Positions 63,391-64,000 of a stretch of 64,000 bases of DNA are shown piece by piece. The notes under the pieces are model-generated. The model was not told where the DNA came from. It made no database searches and worked only from the letters and a program-made list of their open reading frames with translations. The position numbers and the translations under genes were made by a program. Source of the DNA: Spirochaetia bacterium (GTDB lineage: Bacteria; Spirochaetota; Spirochaetia; CADAEX01); assembly GCA_963662795.1 (NCBI GenBank), contig OY759746.1, positions 2,432,001 through 2,496,000 on the forward strand, in the 5' to 3' direction. The first letter of the stretch is position 1. Each line of letters starts with the position of its first letter.

Positions 63391-64000
63391 ACAATCTGGC
63401 AATTGAACTTAATAAAAAAATTGAAGGGACAGCTCTTTATAACCAACTTTCAGACTTCGGGAAAAGAATTTACTTCCCTAAAGATACTAAGATACAGTCA
63501 GCAGAAGCGAAAGAACTGGCCACTAAATATAATGCAACAGAGGGTATGGCATTTAAAGACCATAAACTAATTTCAATTTCTTCAATTACACAATTCTTTT
63601 CTGATCTTGATCTTGAAGAATCAATAAGTTATGCAGGATCTGCAGGAGATGCTGAACTGAGGGATTTATGGGAAAAAGATCTTAAAAGGAAAAATCCTTC
63701 TTTAAATAAAATTGAATTTTCAAAACCGATAGTTGTTGCTGGACTTACACACGGTCTTTCTGTTGTTGGAGATTTGTTTATTGATAACTCAACAACAATA
63801 TTACTTCCTTCTGTTTACTGGCCCAATTATGACCTTATATTCGGGGAAAAATATCGTGCTGAAATAAAAACATATAATATCCACTCTGAAGGACATCTTG
63901 ATATTGAAAGCCTGGTTAAAGCGATTAGGGCAGAAAGGAAAGATAAAAAAATTGCTATCATTTTAAATTTTCCTCAAAATCCGACTGGATATTCACCTCT
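63387..64000 (+). CDS. Class I/II PLP aminotransferase, paralog 2 (runs off the window)
   Basis: GGAGG RBS, ATGA overlap; MNNLAIELNKKIEGTALYNQLSDFGKRIYFPK...NFPQNPTGYS, collinear with paralog 1. Confidence 0.88.
   Translation, partial: MNNLAIELNKKIEGTALYNQLSDFGKRIYFPKDTKIQSAEAKELATKYNATEGMAFKDHKLISISSITQFFSDLDLEESISYAGSAGDAELRDLWEKDLKRKNPSLNKIEFSKPIVVAGLTHGLSVVGDLFIDNSTTILLPSVYWPNYDLIFGEKYRAEIKTYNIHSEGHLDIESLVKAIRAERKDKKIAIILNFPQNPTGYSP

Overview
Bacterial chromosomal window; spirochaete-type lipoprotein signal peptides and gene content suggest an anaerobic Spirochaetales-like organism (inference). 1-21 kb is mostly housekeeping: an aromatic amino acid operon (aroD, aroE-aroK fusion, aroA, aroC, pheA, tyrA), alr, pcm, a beta-CASP ribonuclease, an MCP, a CHASE-GGDEF protein, and a Na+:solute symporter with a TetR regulator. 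24-36 kb holds cofactor modules: an FMN riboswitch-ribD/ribE/ribBA/ribH operon, DUF3842-nikMN-larC-larE-larB without larA, and cobalamin riboswitch-metE. 36-60 kb is a decaying accessory region with at least seven IS3/IS4/IS5/IS481-type elements or remnants, many short minus-strand genes, attC-like sites suggesting an eroded integron cassette array, a TPP riboswitch-ykoFEDC thiamine ECF operon with a D-C fusion, and an RNHCP-domain gene behind an ermC-like leader peptide (MSIFVI...) with a complete attenuator. From 60 kb an AT-rich island starts: a divergent LysR, a PEP mutase/phosphonopyruvate hydrolase-family gene and two tandem paralogous aminotransferases, a candidate phosphonate (phosphonoalanine) pathway cut by the window edge. 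All calls come from reading motifs by eye; no searches were run.
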